Origin: Botryllus schlosseri
Taxonomy: Eukaryota
DNA: 64,000 nt
Assembly: GCA_051294905.1 (NCBI GenBank)
Contig: CM119371.1
Span: 14,448,001-14,512,000 of the forward strand
Direction: 5' to 3'
In this document: in pieces, positions 25,857 through 39,600 of the stretch
How the letters are laid out: each line of letters begins with the position of its first letter
How positions within the stretch are numbered: the stretch's first letter is position 1
Program-made: the position numbers and the translations under genes
Notes under the pieces: model-generated
The model's input: the letters and a program-made list of their open reading frames with translations, nothing else
Told to the model about the DNA's origin: nothing
Database searches by the model: none

Positions 25857-27210
25857 CAGGCCGTGTTATTTTTGGCATTTCAGGAGCCAGATGCCAAAAC
25901 TGCCAAAAATGAAAATTTGAAAATGCCAAAAATAAGCAAGTTTTGGCATATGCCAAAAATACCATGGCCTGCCAAATAGTGTATTTCGTCCATGGTGTTG
26001 TGATAACAGGACCGCGTTACAAGCGAGAAGAGCGTTTGTGAAAGGCAGGTTTCTTAATCTAGGTCCAGCCCACCCATTAGGGGTGAAAGCATACTGTCCT
26101 TAATGGTGTGGGCACAGCGAGATTGAACGGCTCACGGCATTTGGTTTACGTCATACTTTCCATTTTTCCAACGGCAATTTTACGACCATTTTTGACCGGC
26201 TTGTCGAGCGCTAAATTTGATAAAACGGGTATCAATGAGAAGCTGCCTCAGTACTGATTATTAAAATATAAATTATAGGCCTATTCTGCTCATGGAACTG
26301 GAATCCCCAAAATCAACCACGATTTTGCATTGTGATCGAGTTGAACATTGTGACGCAACAAACTGTCTGGCTATTTCTGAGCTGTATAGTCTCGTTTTGC
26401 CAGACAGTCTTGTTGCGTCAATGTTCTTAAACAAGCTAACCTTCCCAGAACTCTTCCATGCGAGTTGGTAATAGCCACCTGAAGTGAAAAAAGTCCTCCG
26501 AAAATATATGGGTAGACTGAAGGAGAAATGATAGTCGGGCTACTAAATAGAATGTGTTGAGAGACAACACAGGAAACTCATAGAAAAGGATCGGGAAGAA
26601 AATTCTTTCCGCGATGTGATCGATGGCACTGGCGAAGTGATCTCTTTTCATGATGCATGGAAGGCGGTTTGGCCCTCCAAAGATTTTGAAGCTCTGAAAA
26701 CCTTTTGTGGATGACTGGCAACATTCTTTCCCTAAACGGCTACTGTTGAAGCCGATATTTCCCAGATTCGTTGGGCGAGAAATGAATTTAGGAGAAACTT
26801 AGCTGACCTGAGTTTGGAAGCACTGTTACAGTGCAAACGATTTAAGTCTATTCAACAGCTGTAACAATCAGCTGTTGAGCGTGTTTGTTGGGCTTTTCTT
26901 TTTTTTTTGCTTATTGGCACCGATTCCGATGGATACTGCATATTTTGTGGTTTCGTTTGATATTATTAACCTATGAAATCGTTAGGTTTTTTCTTCTTCT
27001 TATTGTTTGTTGGCACTGATTATACGTGGATGCTGCACATTTTCTGGTCTTTTGACAAACTAGCCCGAATAAAGTGTTTTTGTGACTAATTCAAGGCTGA
27101 AACTATCTATTTAAAGGACGATGCCAAAACTGCCAAAAATAAAAATCGAAAAATGCCAAAAATAAGTTATTTTTGGCAGTTTTGGCACATGCCAAAAATA
27201 ACACGGCCTG
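25857..27210 (+). mobile_element. Non-autonomous hAT-like element with TGCCAAAA repeats and a decayed transposase C-terminus (about 26438-26864)
   Basis: 21-bp perfect TIR CAGGCCGTGTTATTTTTGGCA; perfect TSD CTCATAGG; remnant reads ..SFHDAW..FEALKTFCG*LATFFP*TATVEADISQIRWARNEFRRNLADLSLEALLQCK. Confidence 0.92.
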
Positions 27211-27218
27211 CTCATAGG

Positions 27219-27411
27219 CATTGTACCCTCTACGCTACGCGCGTGTTTGGCCGCGCACTGCTGACAAAGTCGCCGCGCACAGAAAAATCTTTGCCGCGCA
27301 AAAAAATCCGGAGTGATGACATTTTTTTTAGTCGTTACGCGCTGTTGTCCAAGAGACCGCGCAGTGAGTTGGTGATTGCACCAGACTCGTGAAAAATTAG
27401 AGGGAGCGTTG
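27219..27411. mobile_element. Short hAT MITE (GCGCA-repeat family)
   Basis: CATTGTACCCTCTA left end, TAGAGGGAGCGTTG right end; flanks CTCATAGG and CTCATGGA; relative at 38932-39116. Confidence 0.75.
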
Positions 27412-27626
27412 CTCATGGATGTAGATTGTAGCATCCGTGAATAGGGTGCTGGTGATATTACAGTGAGCTCACCAGTGCAAATTTATTTCAACGGATTACA
27501 ATTCGGCATCCTGGTTTCTAACTGGAAATAACGTGGAAATGGACCCAGTGTCTACTTCAAATGTTCATAATATTGTACAGATACGTCGCGAAACAATAGA
27601 ATCAGCCTAATGTATTAGTCAACGCC

Positions 27627-27669
27627 ATGATTTCACTTTACGTTTGTGGAACATTTATCACTATTTTTG
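27627..27669 (+). CDS. mGluR-like exon 1 (coding part, signal peptide MISLYVCGTFITIF)
   Basis: ATG in gccATG context, hydrophobic stretch, donor gtgagt at 27670, phase 1; upstream acceptor at 27580. Confidence 0.75.
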
Positions 27670-30600
27670 GTGAGTAAATATATCTATTATTTCGAAATCA
27701 TACGGATAGCGTATAGTGAGCTCCCTGAATGTGATATGGTATCTAAAAAATAACGCGTGGTACCTATACGCTATGGCTGCTGTGCTGCTACATTTTACAA
27801 ATGAACGCCGACGTCCACCGTCCAGTATCTGTTGAACGACATTGTACCGCTTATATTGAGGCTATGTAAAAATGTGGATATCTAAATACCGTTCGATGAC
27901 TCGATGTATCCTCATGTTTGCTTTGATGTAGGCTACTCAAAATAAAAGTGGAAACGAGGAATGTTTGTCAATCATTGAGTGTATTTGGGCGGTAATATGA
28001 ACGCTTAGCGTCAATTAAGATGAACCCACTGATGAATCATATCACCTCATGTGAAAACATTTCTACACAGGATGTATCGGCGGAGGTGTCGCGCAATCAA
28101 CTGGGACGAGTAACGTGAGTATTATTCTGCTGCATAAATTTTGTCACGCCATGCGGGATTTCTGAAAAGCAGACTGGTAATCAGATCGGACATATAGCGA
28201 CAATATTGGATTATACGCTGGTGTTGAAGAGTAACGGGTCACCAACAAAACTATCTAAACAATAACTTTCGTCGATAATTGTCTACTAGTTACAATGGGC
28301 ACATGACTTTGACTCAAAACCTCGACTCTCACGACTCGACTCGAATTATCTAATTTCATATGATGGGAGATCCCGCTGCGCCACTGGAATATGGACTAGC
28401 TAATGAGTATGTGCGAAGTATTCAATTCAGTTTCCAACGGAGGTTCTCTTAATTAGCAAGAACCATTAGAACGCTACCACCATACCCTGCCAACGATTCA
28501 GGGGGTAATTATTCTTACAGCTGGTTACCACACGTCGGGATTCAGACTATAAAGTGCAATATCGACCAGGTGATATTCTTATTGCTGGCATGGTGCCGGT
28601 ACACAGCAGAGAAAGCGAGAACTGTACCATCATTCGAGAGAGCGGGATACAAGCTGTTGAAACGATGAATATGATCATCGATCAGGTACGAGTTTCAATC
28701 TCAAACTCAACCTAAGTAATTCGACTGTTTTAAAAATAAAGACACCACGAGCTATGAGGTAGTTGTGGTGCTTTAGTCTAGCTAGGGGTGTGTAACCTGT
28801 TGGTGCTCGAAATATAAGGCACCGTGATTCCGGCTCATAAATAGTGTTACCGTGTGGAATGAACATGGCTAAAGATACATTTATGTGCTCTAAATTGTGC
28901 TCGTCGTCTCCATCAGCCCTATACCAGGGAAGTTGATCACGTGGGCTAAGAAAGGATAGCACATTAACAGTAATAATCCAAATACAAATATCATTAATAA
29001 AATTACTTCAAATAATGTTCAAGCGTCGCGCGACTACAACACAGTCATGCACATATAGTAATCCGATGGATCTAATCGGATGGAAAGTTTTATGTAGCCT
29101 ACGTATAATTCTATAATATGAATATATGAACATAACACATATCATTGAACTTTCACTAATTTTCCAATTTTCCAAATAGTTCCGTGGCCCACCTCAAAAT
29201 ACTCTTGTGGTCCACCAGTGGGCCATGGCCCACACTTTAGGAACCCATAAGCTAGAAAATCAGATGTGAAAAATAATGGGTTGGTAAGCCTTGTCGATTC
29301 AGATCATGTAGCCTACTAATAGCAAAGATTCACCGATAATTTTTTCTGTCCGTATATTGCGACCTTGTTGGAGTTACATAACCTTACAAGTGAACCAGGG
29401 AGAACCTAGCAAATCTAGCAAATCTAGCATTCTATCAATTATTCAAAAGTATAATAATTCAATCAATGGTCGCAAGGGTGTGAATGACCAACTGAACCCT
29501 ACTAGAAACTTCAGAAATACTGACAACACTTGGGTAGGAACTCTGGAGTCGACTTCGGTCGGACTCGAACCCACAACCCATTGGTGTAAGAGCAGTTTAA
29601 AACCTATTTGCGACTGTCGGATAATAAACACTACTGACACCAATGTGAAGAAGATCCGAATTACAACATGCTTACGGCCTGTCTTCGGCAAATCTCATGA
29701 CCATGGTGACAAATATGTACGGCGATTGAGTTGACGTCTCTAGACAGAGAGACCGCCCAATATTAGGCAGTAGGGATGGTGTGAACGTGAGGTTCACGTT
29801 CGCGTTCTGTGTGTGAACCTCGGAAATTCAGAGGTTCGCGTTCACAATAGAACCTTGATAGGTTCTGCACTGTGAACCTTTTTAATGTATTACAATTTTT
29901 ACTTTATTATGACATCTTTGGTAGGAATTTATTGCATTTCAACTGCGGGCCGGTGCCTCTATGCATAGCGCTGGCAGCAGAAAAAATCAACACAAAACGA
30001 ATATGCACCTTGACAGTCTCAATGATTTTACTTGCTTTGTTACAAAAGTTTGCTCCAAATATCCAGCTTTCCGATGGTGAATATTTAGCGACTCTCCGCT
30101 GTGATCTCGACTCGCAATCACACAATGTCACGAGCGAAATACACTTATAGTAGTCAACGAATGATGCTTATTCAACCAATCAATCTTGACTTCATATGTT
30201 TATTTGGGGTTTTGGCTACTGCTGTATAACTTATTAATGGGATAATATCGGTAGCAAGCATAGAAACCCTGTTTTACACTCTGCTCAAAATCAATGTAGC
30301 AATGCTCAGACGCCGAATACTGTCCGGTCTGGCCAAGACCGTTAAGGTTTTTCTTATATTCCCTGATAAGTCCTCGTCGAAGTTGTTGGCAAAGCGACGG
30401 ATAATATTGATTTTATGGAAGTATTATATCATTTGATTGCCTCAGTTGATACATTCAGCGACGTTTAAAACGCCAATATGTACTTCCGCATTGTGGGATT
30501 ATGTGGCCCGAGTCGTCGCTAGGTATCGTGTACGTATACATGTGCATATAGGCTATCACTTCATTGAAAGATAGGGTTGGAATTGGCAATATGACGTCAC

Positions 30601-33600
30601 GTGACGTCATGAGGTTCACGTTCGTGTTCACACAGAACCTTTCAAAAAGGTTCGCGTTCACACGAACCTGAACCTTTCAGAGGTTCACACCATCCCTATT
30701 AGGCAGGTCTATCTTAAGTTCGACCAACCACACTTATAAAATGTAGCCTATGCATCAAGATAATGTCAATAAAACAACTGCCTGGACAAAAATGGTAGTA
30801 AAATTCTATAAGCAGAAGAAAACTTCATGATCATTCGAAACTACTCTACTTTCTTCCAATATCATGATCGCATGTCCTCTCGTGTCAGGTTAATTCTGAT
30901 GATAAGATCCTGCCTGGAATCAAGCTGGGAAGCATTATAATCGATACTTGTAACTCGGATAATGAAGCTGTAAGACGGGTAAGAATGGATATTATTGCAA
31001 GTGGGTTTCTATCATTGGTATATATCAAGTGTGGCCAACTTCCACCTAATTGCGATCAACAGAAAACTTTCTCATGGGCCTGCGGCTTACTTTTATATTG
31101 CGTTGTAATTATTAGTTTATGTCTCCCCTTAATAAAGCCCATGAGTGGAAATTTACTAAAATTTATTAATTTAGTTCAGTTAATAATACGAGCTCGAAAA
31201 GAATTAGTTAGCCATTTCCGTGCTTTGTCGTTCGAAGAATCAGGGGGGATGATTAAGACCAGGGTTGTAACCAAGTCACATTGTTCCGAGTCACGAGTCA
31301 ATCTTACTTTTGTGGTTTTGACTCGAGTCAAGTCGAGTCATTTTCAATTCATCACCGAGTCGAGTCCGAGTCCAAGTCACCGTTTAAAGGCTCAAGTCCG
31401 AGTCATAGTGTTATGACTCGAGTCGAGTCCAAGTCACAGTATTGAAGTCATGTTAAACTCATGTTTTCAATCCTGAATTAGCTTATAGCTTATAGCGAAT
31501 CAACGAATTCATTCTATATGCTATCTGATATAGAACCAACGAATTCACGTCTAGATACCAGCTGATAGAGAATCAGAATCAACAGATGCAGGTTTATGTA
31601 GACGTATAGTTTTTCTTTCATATTATCAGGTGGTTGAATAAAAAAAGGTCAGCTTGCCTGCTCAGCTCCCGAAATAGCCGCCGGAGCGTTACTAATATGA
31701 GAGGAAATTTTGGATTAACTACAAATAGAGATTTTCGAATTTTACCGGCCCATCTCATGATATTGTTATATTGTGTTAAAATATGATTCATAGCAAATTT
31801 GGCTCAATTCCAACTAGAAAGAGCAAATTTATTAGAGTGGAATATTTTGGATATGAAAAAATAGTCGGCTTACTACTAGCATACTATTATATTATATGAA
31901 ATAATTTCTCAACAAAAACACTCCCTTTATTTTCAAATATAAAATTTTCTCCTCTCATATCATTGATTATACTTTTTAAAATTAAACCAGATTCAGTGTT
32001 CTTTTTATGCAACATAACAATTTTACCAAGTAGCCACCCAGTAAGATAAATAAGAAGTTATTTTTGAACAACCCTATTGTACAAACATCACACAACATTA
32101 GCCATTCATTATTACTCACGTGCACAATGCATATACCTAACAAAACGTCAAATGGACGGAGTGTATTGTGTGTTTTCACTGACAGCAGATCAAATCAATG
32201 ATGAGTTACAATTCAAAATACTTAAGTGTAAAGGAGATCCTCATATATGTTATAGCGGCATGGCCGTCTTCGTTGATTTCGCGAAAGCCTTCGACTCGGT
32301 CTCGCGCCCAGCCATGGCGGAGATCCTCAGATTCTATGGAATTCCTGAGGTGATAACGTACGCCATTATGGCCCTCTACACTGACACACGAGCGTGAGTC
32401 CGAACAGATGACGGCCCAAGCGGAGATTTCAACACTTCGGCTGGTGTGCTTCAAGGTGACACCCTGGCACCATTCTTGTTCGTGGTCATCCTTGACTTCG
32501 TGCTACGAACGGCCTTCCCGGATACTACGAACTTCTTTGAATGGCGGCCACGGCAAGGAACGCGCACGCGTACGACTCGCGAGGCAATCCACCTAGGTAT
32601 TCTTGCCTACGCAGACGACCTAGCCCTGCTTGCCCCGAACACCGCATCGGCACAGCGTCCCATTAACCAGCTAGAGGCCGCCGCCGCTCTTGTTGGCCTC
32701 CAGATCAACGCGAAGAAGACTGAGGTTCTGGCCATACCAGCTCTACCGGAGAACGCCACACCAATTCAACTGGGAGATATCGATCTCAAGTATGTAACGA
32801 GTTTTGTATACCTCGGTATTGACGTCGCTGACTCTGGATAAGCGCTCAAGGCGAGGCGAGCAAAGGCCTGGGGCGCGGCAAGACGGCTAAATAGCCTCTT
32901 CCATTCAAGTGCCTCAACCCAGCTCAAGACCCGCATCTTCCGTGCCACTGTCGAGCAGGTTCTTCTCTACGGAATAGAAGCACTCACGCTGACAGAAAAG
33001 CTGGCTAAGACACTCAACGCCAACTACGATGCACTCCTCCGCTACGCACTCGGCATCCACCACCCGGAGCACATATCCACCAATGCTCTGCGCAAACTCA
33101 CAAAAACAGTCCCAGGCCGTTTGCTGGCTGCTGAACGACGCTTACGCTTAATCGGTCATCCAGTGCGGCATCAAGACGATCAACCAGCCGCCGCCATCAT
33201 CAACCACATTCCGACGGAGCCATGGCGCAGAGGTGGCTGGAATAGAACCACATGGTGCTCAACAATAGAGACCGAGCTAGCGCAACGCGGGCTATCGCTC
33301 GAAGACGCCCATGACCGCCCACGCTGGAGGCGCTTAATAATAGGGCCCAAAACTGACTATCTTGATGTTCATTTGTTTCCTGTTTTCTTTTGCCCTTTTA
33401 TTTAATTGAAAGCCGATATAGGCATGGCCTTAGAATAAATCCACATCTACTGAAACACGTTCCACTGGTGCACTAGATACAGGAATGGACAAGCATTTTT
33501 GAACCACATTGAAGATTGGATACTCATTATTTCTGGTCGCCCAATAATGCAAAGAATCATCGCCTTTAAATCTACACATGAGCTTATTTGTCTCTTCCAA

Positions 33601-36600
33601 GTACTTGACCATCTGATGTATTTCATGGCCTCTATTTGAACTTTGCTTCGATTGTTTGCTTGTATAATTGAAAAGTCTCGAGTACTTTGATGGCGGAGGA
33701 TCTATTACCTCTTCATCACAGGATGATTTTGTCCAATGCATTGCTACTATATGTGACATTGTCTGTTGTTTTTACGGCGGCATATCTGATATCAGGCGAG
33801 TGCAACGAAAGCAGTGGCGACAAATAGCGATATCGGCAGAATTCGTCATATGCGTTGATCTAGCCAGTACGATTCGCAAATTTCTTCATCTTCAACTTCA
33901 AGTCATATAAAATATGCCGAGTCAATGACTTGGGTCGAGTCATGCGTAATGACTCGAGTACAAGTCGAGTCAATCCAAATATTGACTCGAGTCGAGTCGA
34001 GTCATTTTCCCTTTTCAAGAAAAGGACTCGAGTCAAGTCGAGTCACTAAAAAGTCGTGACTCGAGTCCGACTCGAGTCGAGTCATGACTCGAGTCATTAC
34101 AACCCTGATTAAGACATTATATATTTCCTAGTTTTCCATAATCAAGTAGTGTGCCAAGTCTCTTCAAGTTAATGACCACACTATTCGACTAAACAGAGAC
34201 GTAGCAACCTGTTTGCCACACCTGATATATCGGCTGCATACCCCATTGAATTATGATATATGATATATAGATGAACTTGTCAGCACATGTGTGCACTGTG
34301 CATTGTGCAATGTGCATTGTGCATGAACTGGCGAAGTGTTCATCTCCATGCATCGTGTTAATAGGAGCGAAACAAGTCGATTACAAATGGACTACAACAC
34401 GGATGATCTTGAGACAGCTGTAATATGAAACCAAATTTCTAGCGAGCGTATGCTTTTGTACATACATATGCACAGGATTATTCATTTTTACAGAGTATAG
34501 GCATCAGGCATGTGCTGTATCAAGATCAAATCCATCCTGACCTACTAATTATCATGCACGTCAGGATGTCACGTATTTTGTTATGTAATTATTAACTTGG
34601 TTTTCTTTATCAACTAAGCAAGCTATATCATTGACGAGAGATGTATATAGCAATATAGCTGCAGTGAGACTATTTACCTGCTAGTGAGAAATAAACTGTT
34701 GAGTTGCTGACAAATACTTGCCTTTATGATTAAAATGAATCAGAGTCGTACTAAGGCATTCGTATGAGCGCTGGTACGTATGGTTGCTTTCGTGTCGTTT
34801 CAGTTACTTTCGAATATCATACCGCACCTGTCAGACGAAGATGTCCGGTGTTCTAATCTACAAACCGACGCGCCGTCGCGCCCACTGGTGGCAGGTACGG
34901 GATTAATTCTTATGATTGTATAATTCACGTCCCCTACACCAAAGGCATATAAGGTGGCCATGATATATCTCCCCACTTGCACATATAGTCACACCTTCAG
35001 CCCTATAGCTGCAGTTCTATAACTATACTCATGTTGTATAGCTGTAGTCATATCGTACAGTATATTTTCAGCATAATTGCGGATGTATCACTTCTAGGGC
35101 TCAGAGACGCGGGAATTTATCATTTTCAAATCGTAAGAATCTGTGCGGTGCAGGATTGCAGTCCGAAATTTACGAAATAAAAATCCCAAAAATATGTCGA
35201 GTCATGTCCAAATTGGAATATGACTAAAATTAACTCTGAAATGAAATGGAGTCATTCGACTTGTCCCGATCTTGGAGTTGCCTTGCTAGCTCAGCGCTCG
35301 TTGTCCAGTGACCACGCATAGATTGAGCTGGACTGTTACGCCGGGTACACTTCCCGCGGCTACCCTAAATATTTACCCAGAACCAGGCCCCTTGTGGCGC
35401 GGGTTTTCGCAACCAGATTATGAGAAATTAGAGAACCATGATTTCAGGAGTCAGCGGCGGTGCGTCAAGCTCGGTGTCGATTCAGGCGGCGAATATTTTA
35501 CAGGCGTATTCAGTTCCACAGGTGAGCAATACACTTTAATATGGTGATTCCAATATTTGGAATGATTATAAAATTCCAATTCCGGGCTTTTGACATCCCA
35601 GCTGTCTGGATGAAGCTTGTTTATTTACTTAAAATGGAAGACAACAAAGTCACTAACAGAATATTACTGGCTAAAGCAACTATTTAGCTAGGCTGCATAC
35701 ATATATGCAGTTACGATTTCCAGTGATTCTTGCCCTATTATAGTTAATGGTTTTGTTTTCCAAATGAGTTAAAATATAGCTCATGGAAACATAATTGCGA
35801 GTGGTTATGCGTTACATGGTATGATATAAGATCTGATACTCTCTCATAGGAAACGTATTCCATGTAACAAAAGCTTTTCGTAGTTCCTATGAGCTACACA
35901 TGACACACCTCCCTAAATATCGCCAAAATAACAGATTTACGTCAGGCATGTTGTGCAGGATGAATTTGCGGTGAGCGATACAAATTCACTATGTCAATAA
36001 TTTCGACCCCACACTGCAATATTCCTGTGGAATTTCGTTGTTTCTCCACTTTACAGGGATGATAACGACAACATATACAAATCTTCATATTGTACATATT
36101 GTAGATACATATTCTATGCTTGGTGACTACGGAAGAAACTGGTTTGGAATTGCAGTTCATCTAGTCACGTATATTAGTCGCTTTAACGGCCAATAATGTT
36201 TAACAATACTCGCAAATCACACATGTAAAACAAACACATGCATCATCGATTTCAGGTTAGTTACTGGTCAAGTAGTTCAGAACTCAGCAACAAAGACCGG
36301 TTCAAGTCTTTCTTCAGAGTTGTGCCTCCGGATGGCAAGCAGGTGAAATTTGGATGTTATATTGAGATCGCAATTGTGTAAACTATGTGTGCATTGTTTT
36401 GACGGTGGCTAACACCCCCTCCCACCGTGAAAATAGAGACATATTGTGACAGTAATTCGTGCGAAGCGCGAAGAACACTTTCGAAGTCGAACAAATCTGC
36501 TAGGAATCTCCCAGTGTCATGTTGATTTACTGTCGTATGTATTCGATTGTTCCACGATTACCATGTAGAATCCGTCGTGTATCCACACCGACATTAATGG

Positions 36601-39600
36601 TTATCTATCAAAAGTTGTCTCACTATTTCGCACTGATAATTCTGAATTTCATTCCAGGCGGAAGCGATTATTGCATTTGCAAAAGAACGAGGCTGGACAT
36701 ATATATCAATAGTTTACGAGGACGACGCATACGGCCTAAATGGTTTTCACGGTAATAAAACCAGATCAGGACAGGGCAGTGGAGTTTTATCAGACATTGT
36801 CCTTCAAAATAAGAATAAATCTTATAAATGACGAAGGCACCTTTCTGATTGTAAATGCGATTAAATAGCAACAATGGCAAATAATAATCAACAAGTTTGT
36901 TACATTCAAGTGTGATATCATTATTATTTGATTGGCGGTGTGTGATGTATAACCAGTTGTGTCACAGAGTCTAATTGTGCATTCGGTATGACTATAGCGA
37001 ACTATTACGGTTGTACCGAGGCGAGAAAAGCCCACACAAACCCATGGCGAGAGTACTGCTAAGTACAGTTCTCCCGTCGTTGTGACGTCCTGAAACAATT
37101 ACTTTTGTATCAACAATGAATATCCCGTGTATATATGCGCGCATCGATGCGGGTAGGATCTCTTCCCTAAATCAGAGGTTCTCGAACCTTTGTCAACTGC
37201 GTAACCTTTCGAATTATTCGCATGTGTGGCGTTTCGCTTGATATAATGTTGCATTACGTGTGCGCGATTGAAAGAACAAATGCAGCAAGCTATTTGTTCA
37301 CACTGTCAAACATCATTTCCCACGGAAAATTATATTCTTGGAAATATTTTACCTAGGAACAAGCTAAAATTGTGTTCAACGGAAGGTCCGTGACGGCATC
37401 TGTTTTTTATCCCGCATGGGCTTAAAATACTTGTCTAGAAGTCACAACTGTAAACTGAGGGGGGAGAACGTTTGATTGACACTGCTGGATACGATATTGC
37501 CATATAGATCTCCAGTCCCATTAACTATATAGCCTGCTTTTCATTGTACACAAGCAAAACACTGAAGCTTCTGATAGCACTAATGAAGTAGGCCTACTCT
37601 TCATGAGCAGATTACATTGGTTTTGGTTGGACTAATCGGAGTTCTACGGTAGGCAATGTAAAAGCATGGTGGCATAGGCCTATAAACGTCGCATTTGGTA
37701 AGCTTTTTTTCTCACCTATCCCATAAACAATAAAATCCTTGCTCCAGAAAATTGCCACAGCACCACAAAAATGAAGTAAAAATGAAGTTGCTCGCGTATC
37801 CCCGAAACACCTTTCACGTATCCCTGAGGAACCCCGCGTACCCTAGTTTGAGGACATCTTCAGCATAAATGTTGTAATTTGATTTGTACGACGCATGCTC
37901 AAATGTCCTGGTTCAGACCACTTGAATAGAAATTTACGGCGGTACGTCTACTACGTGAGAACCTTCGCCACTTTGACAACCTTCACATTGAATTTTGTTT
38001 TCTCAAACAACGTATAACGTGACGCTATTTCAGAACTCCGGAATGTAGCAGAAAGGGAAGGCGTCTGCATTAACACGTTTGAAGCGGTTCCACGCACTCC
38101 GACAGATCAAGATCTACGAAACATCATTTTAAACTTATTAGATCAAAAGTCGAAAGGTGAGGTAGCTTTCTGTATTCAAATTGACTTCTTAGCGAAATGC
38201 TGTGTTAAAAAGTCCGACAGATATCCAATTCTCGCAATCCGAATGAATGTATTGCTCGTATGTCTAATTTAATTGAAAAATAGCCATTATATTACCATCC
38301 GTTGCGGCTTATAATCGGGTATGTCGAATCGCCAAGTGACAAGAAACCTAATGATAACAATGATTTAAAGCAGTGGTTCTTAACCTTGCCTCCAGCGCCC
38401 CCCAAGGGGCGCTGGCGATTTTGAAGGGGGCGGAAACGCTCAGGGGGCGATATGGGGGGCGCTGGGTTCAGGGGGGCGGTATGGGGGGCGCTGGAGAAAA
38501 ATGGCTTCGCAGTAGATGATGTGGTGGTAGGACATATCCCTAATGAGTATTCAGAGCAAATTAACACCGAAAAGTTTGACATATAGGTTTAATTGTCCAT
38601 GGGCGCCTAAATGACTGGCACCGAATGTTCCTGTCTTGGCAATCTAAACCCCAGAAGACGAATTCATCTGGCAGGGAAAAATTACATGCCAGTGAAGAAA
38701 TCCCAATTTGAAATCGTGTGCGTCTTTTAGTTTAGTACGATTGGGCGACAGGGATATCTAAAGCTAGATATTCCTGTTGGGCGACATCCCTGTTGGGCGA
38801 TTCTATATTTTTTGATATAGCAGACAGGAGGTCACGAAATAACATCATGTAACGAAGTCATACCAACGGGTTTGCCCGCCCGAATATGTTTAGTTATTAG
38901 TTACGGGCCCTACAGTTTCCAAGATACCTCACAATGTTCACTCTACGTTTTGACGAGTCTGCGCACACTCAACAACTCACTGCGCAGACCCTTGGACAAC
39001 AGTGCGTAACGACTAAAAAAAGGTCATAACTTCGGATTTGTTGAGCGCAACGTAGATTTTCTGTGCGCAGAGACCGTGTCAGCACTGCGCACGTGCGCAG
39101 CTTAGAGGGAACATTGCACCTCACTCAGCTGTAACGGTAAATCTGGTAACGTGAGCAGAGAGGACAAGAAATTGATTGCAAGATATATGCAATTCCCGAT
39201 CTTACTGACCGATTTTATCATGAATTATCGAAAGTTTTCGCGCTTCGCACTGGCTCGCTAAACAGTACAGCTGATTTCGTGTCTAAAGCGAACAACGTGA
39301 TGGGGGGCGTTCGGTTTATCACCCTATGGGAGCCCAAGACCTAAGTTTTTTCGGGGGGCCTGACGAAGTGCCGTTTCGTTCCTGCCCACGGGTATACGCA
39401 CGAAGATGTATAATTATTATTGAGGGGTCCTACCTTTTCAATCACACATCATTCAGCTCTACCGGTAAATCTGTTTACGTGAGCAGAGAGAGGATAAAAA
39501 TTGATATCAATATACATGCAATTCCCGATCATATTGACCAATTCAATCAATAATTATTGAAATTTTTCGCGCTTCGCGCGTCTAGGCGACAATAGCTGGC

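Larger units (their letters stand above)
31260..34107 (-). mobile_element. Non-autonomous hAT element with GACTC(G)AGTC subterminal arrays; contains the RTE insertion
   Basis: TIR CAGGGTTGTAA; perfect 8-bp TSD ATTAAGAC (31252-59, 34108-15); hAT dimerisation remnant on minus strand. Confidence 0.93.

Noticed and set aside
30985..31416. 143-aa ORF
   Set aside because: Starts in intron 4 and runs into hAT subterminal repeats; no protein motif.
34744..34773. Candidate mGluR exon SRTKAFV*AL with an in-frame TGA
   Set aside because: Exon 34804-34894 fits phase and homology without it.
35073..35132. AG/GT-flanked segment between exons 5 and 6
   Set aside because: Immediate TAA in the required phase; not needed for the protein.
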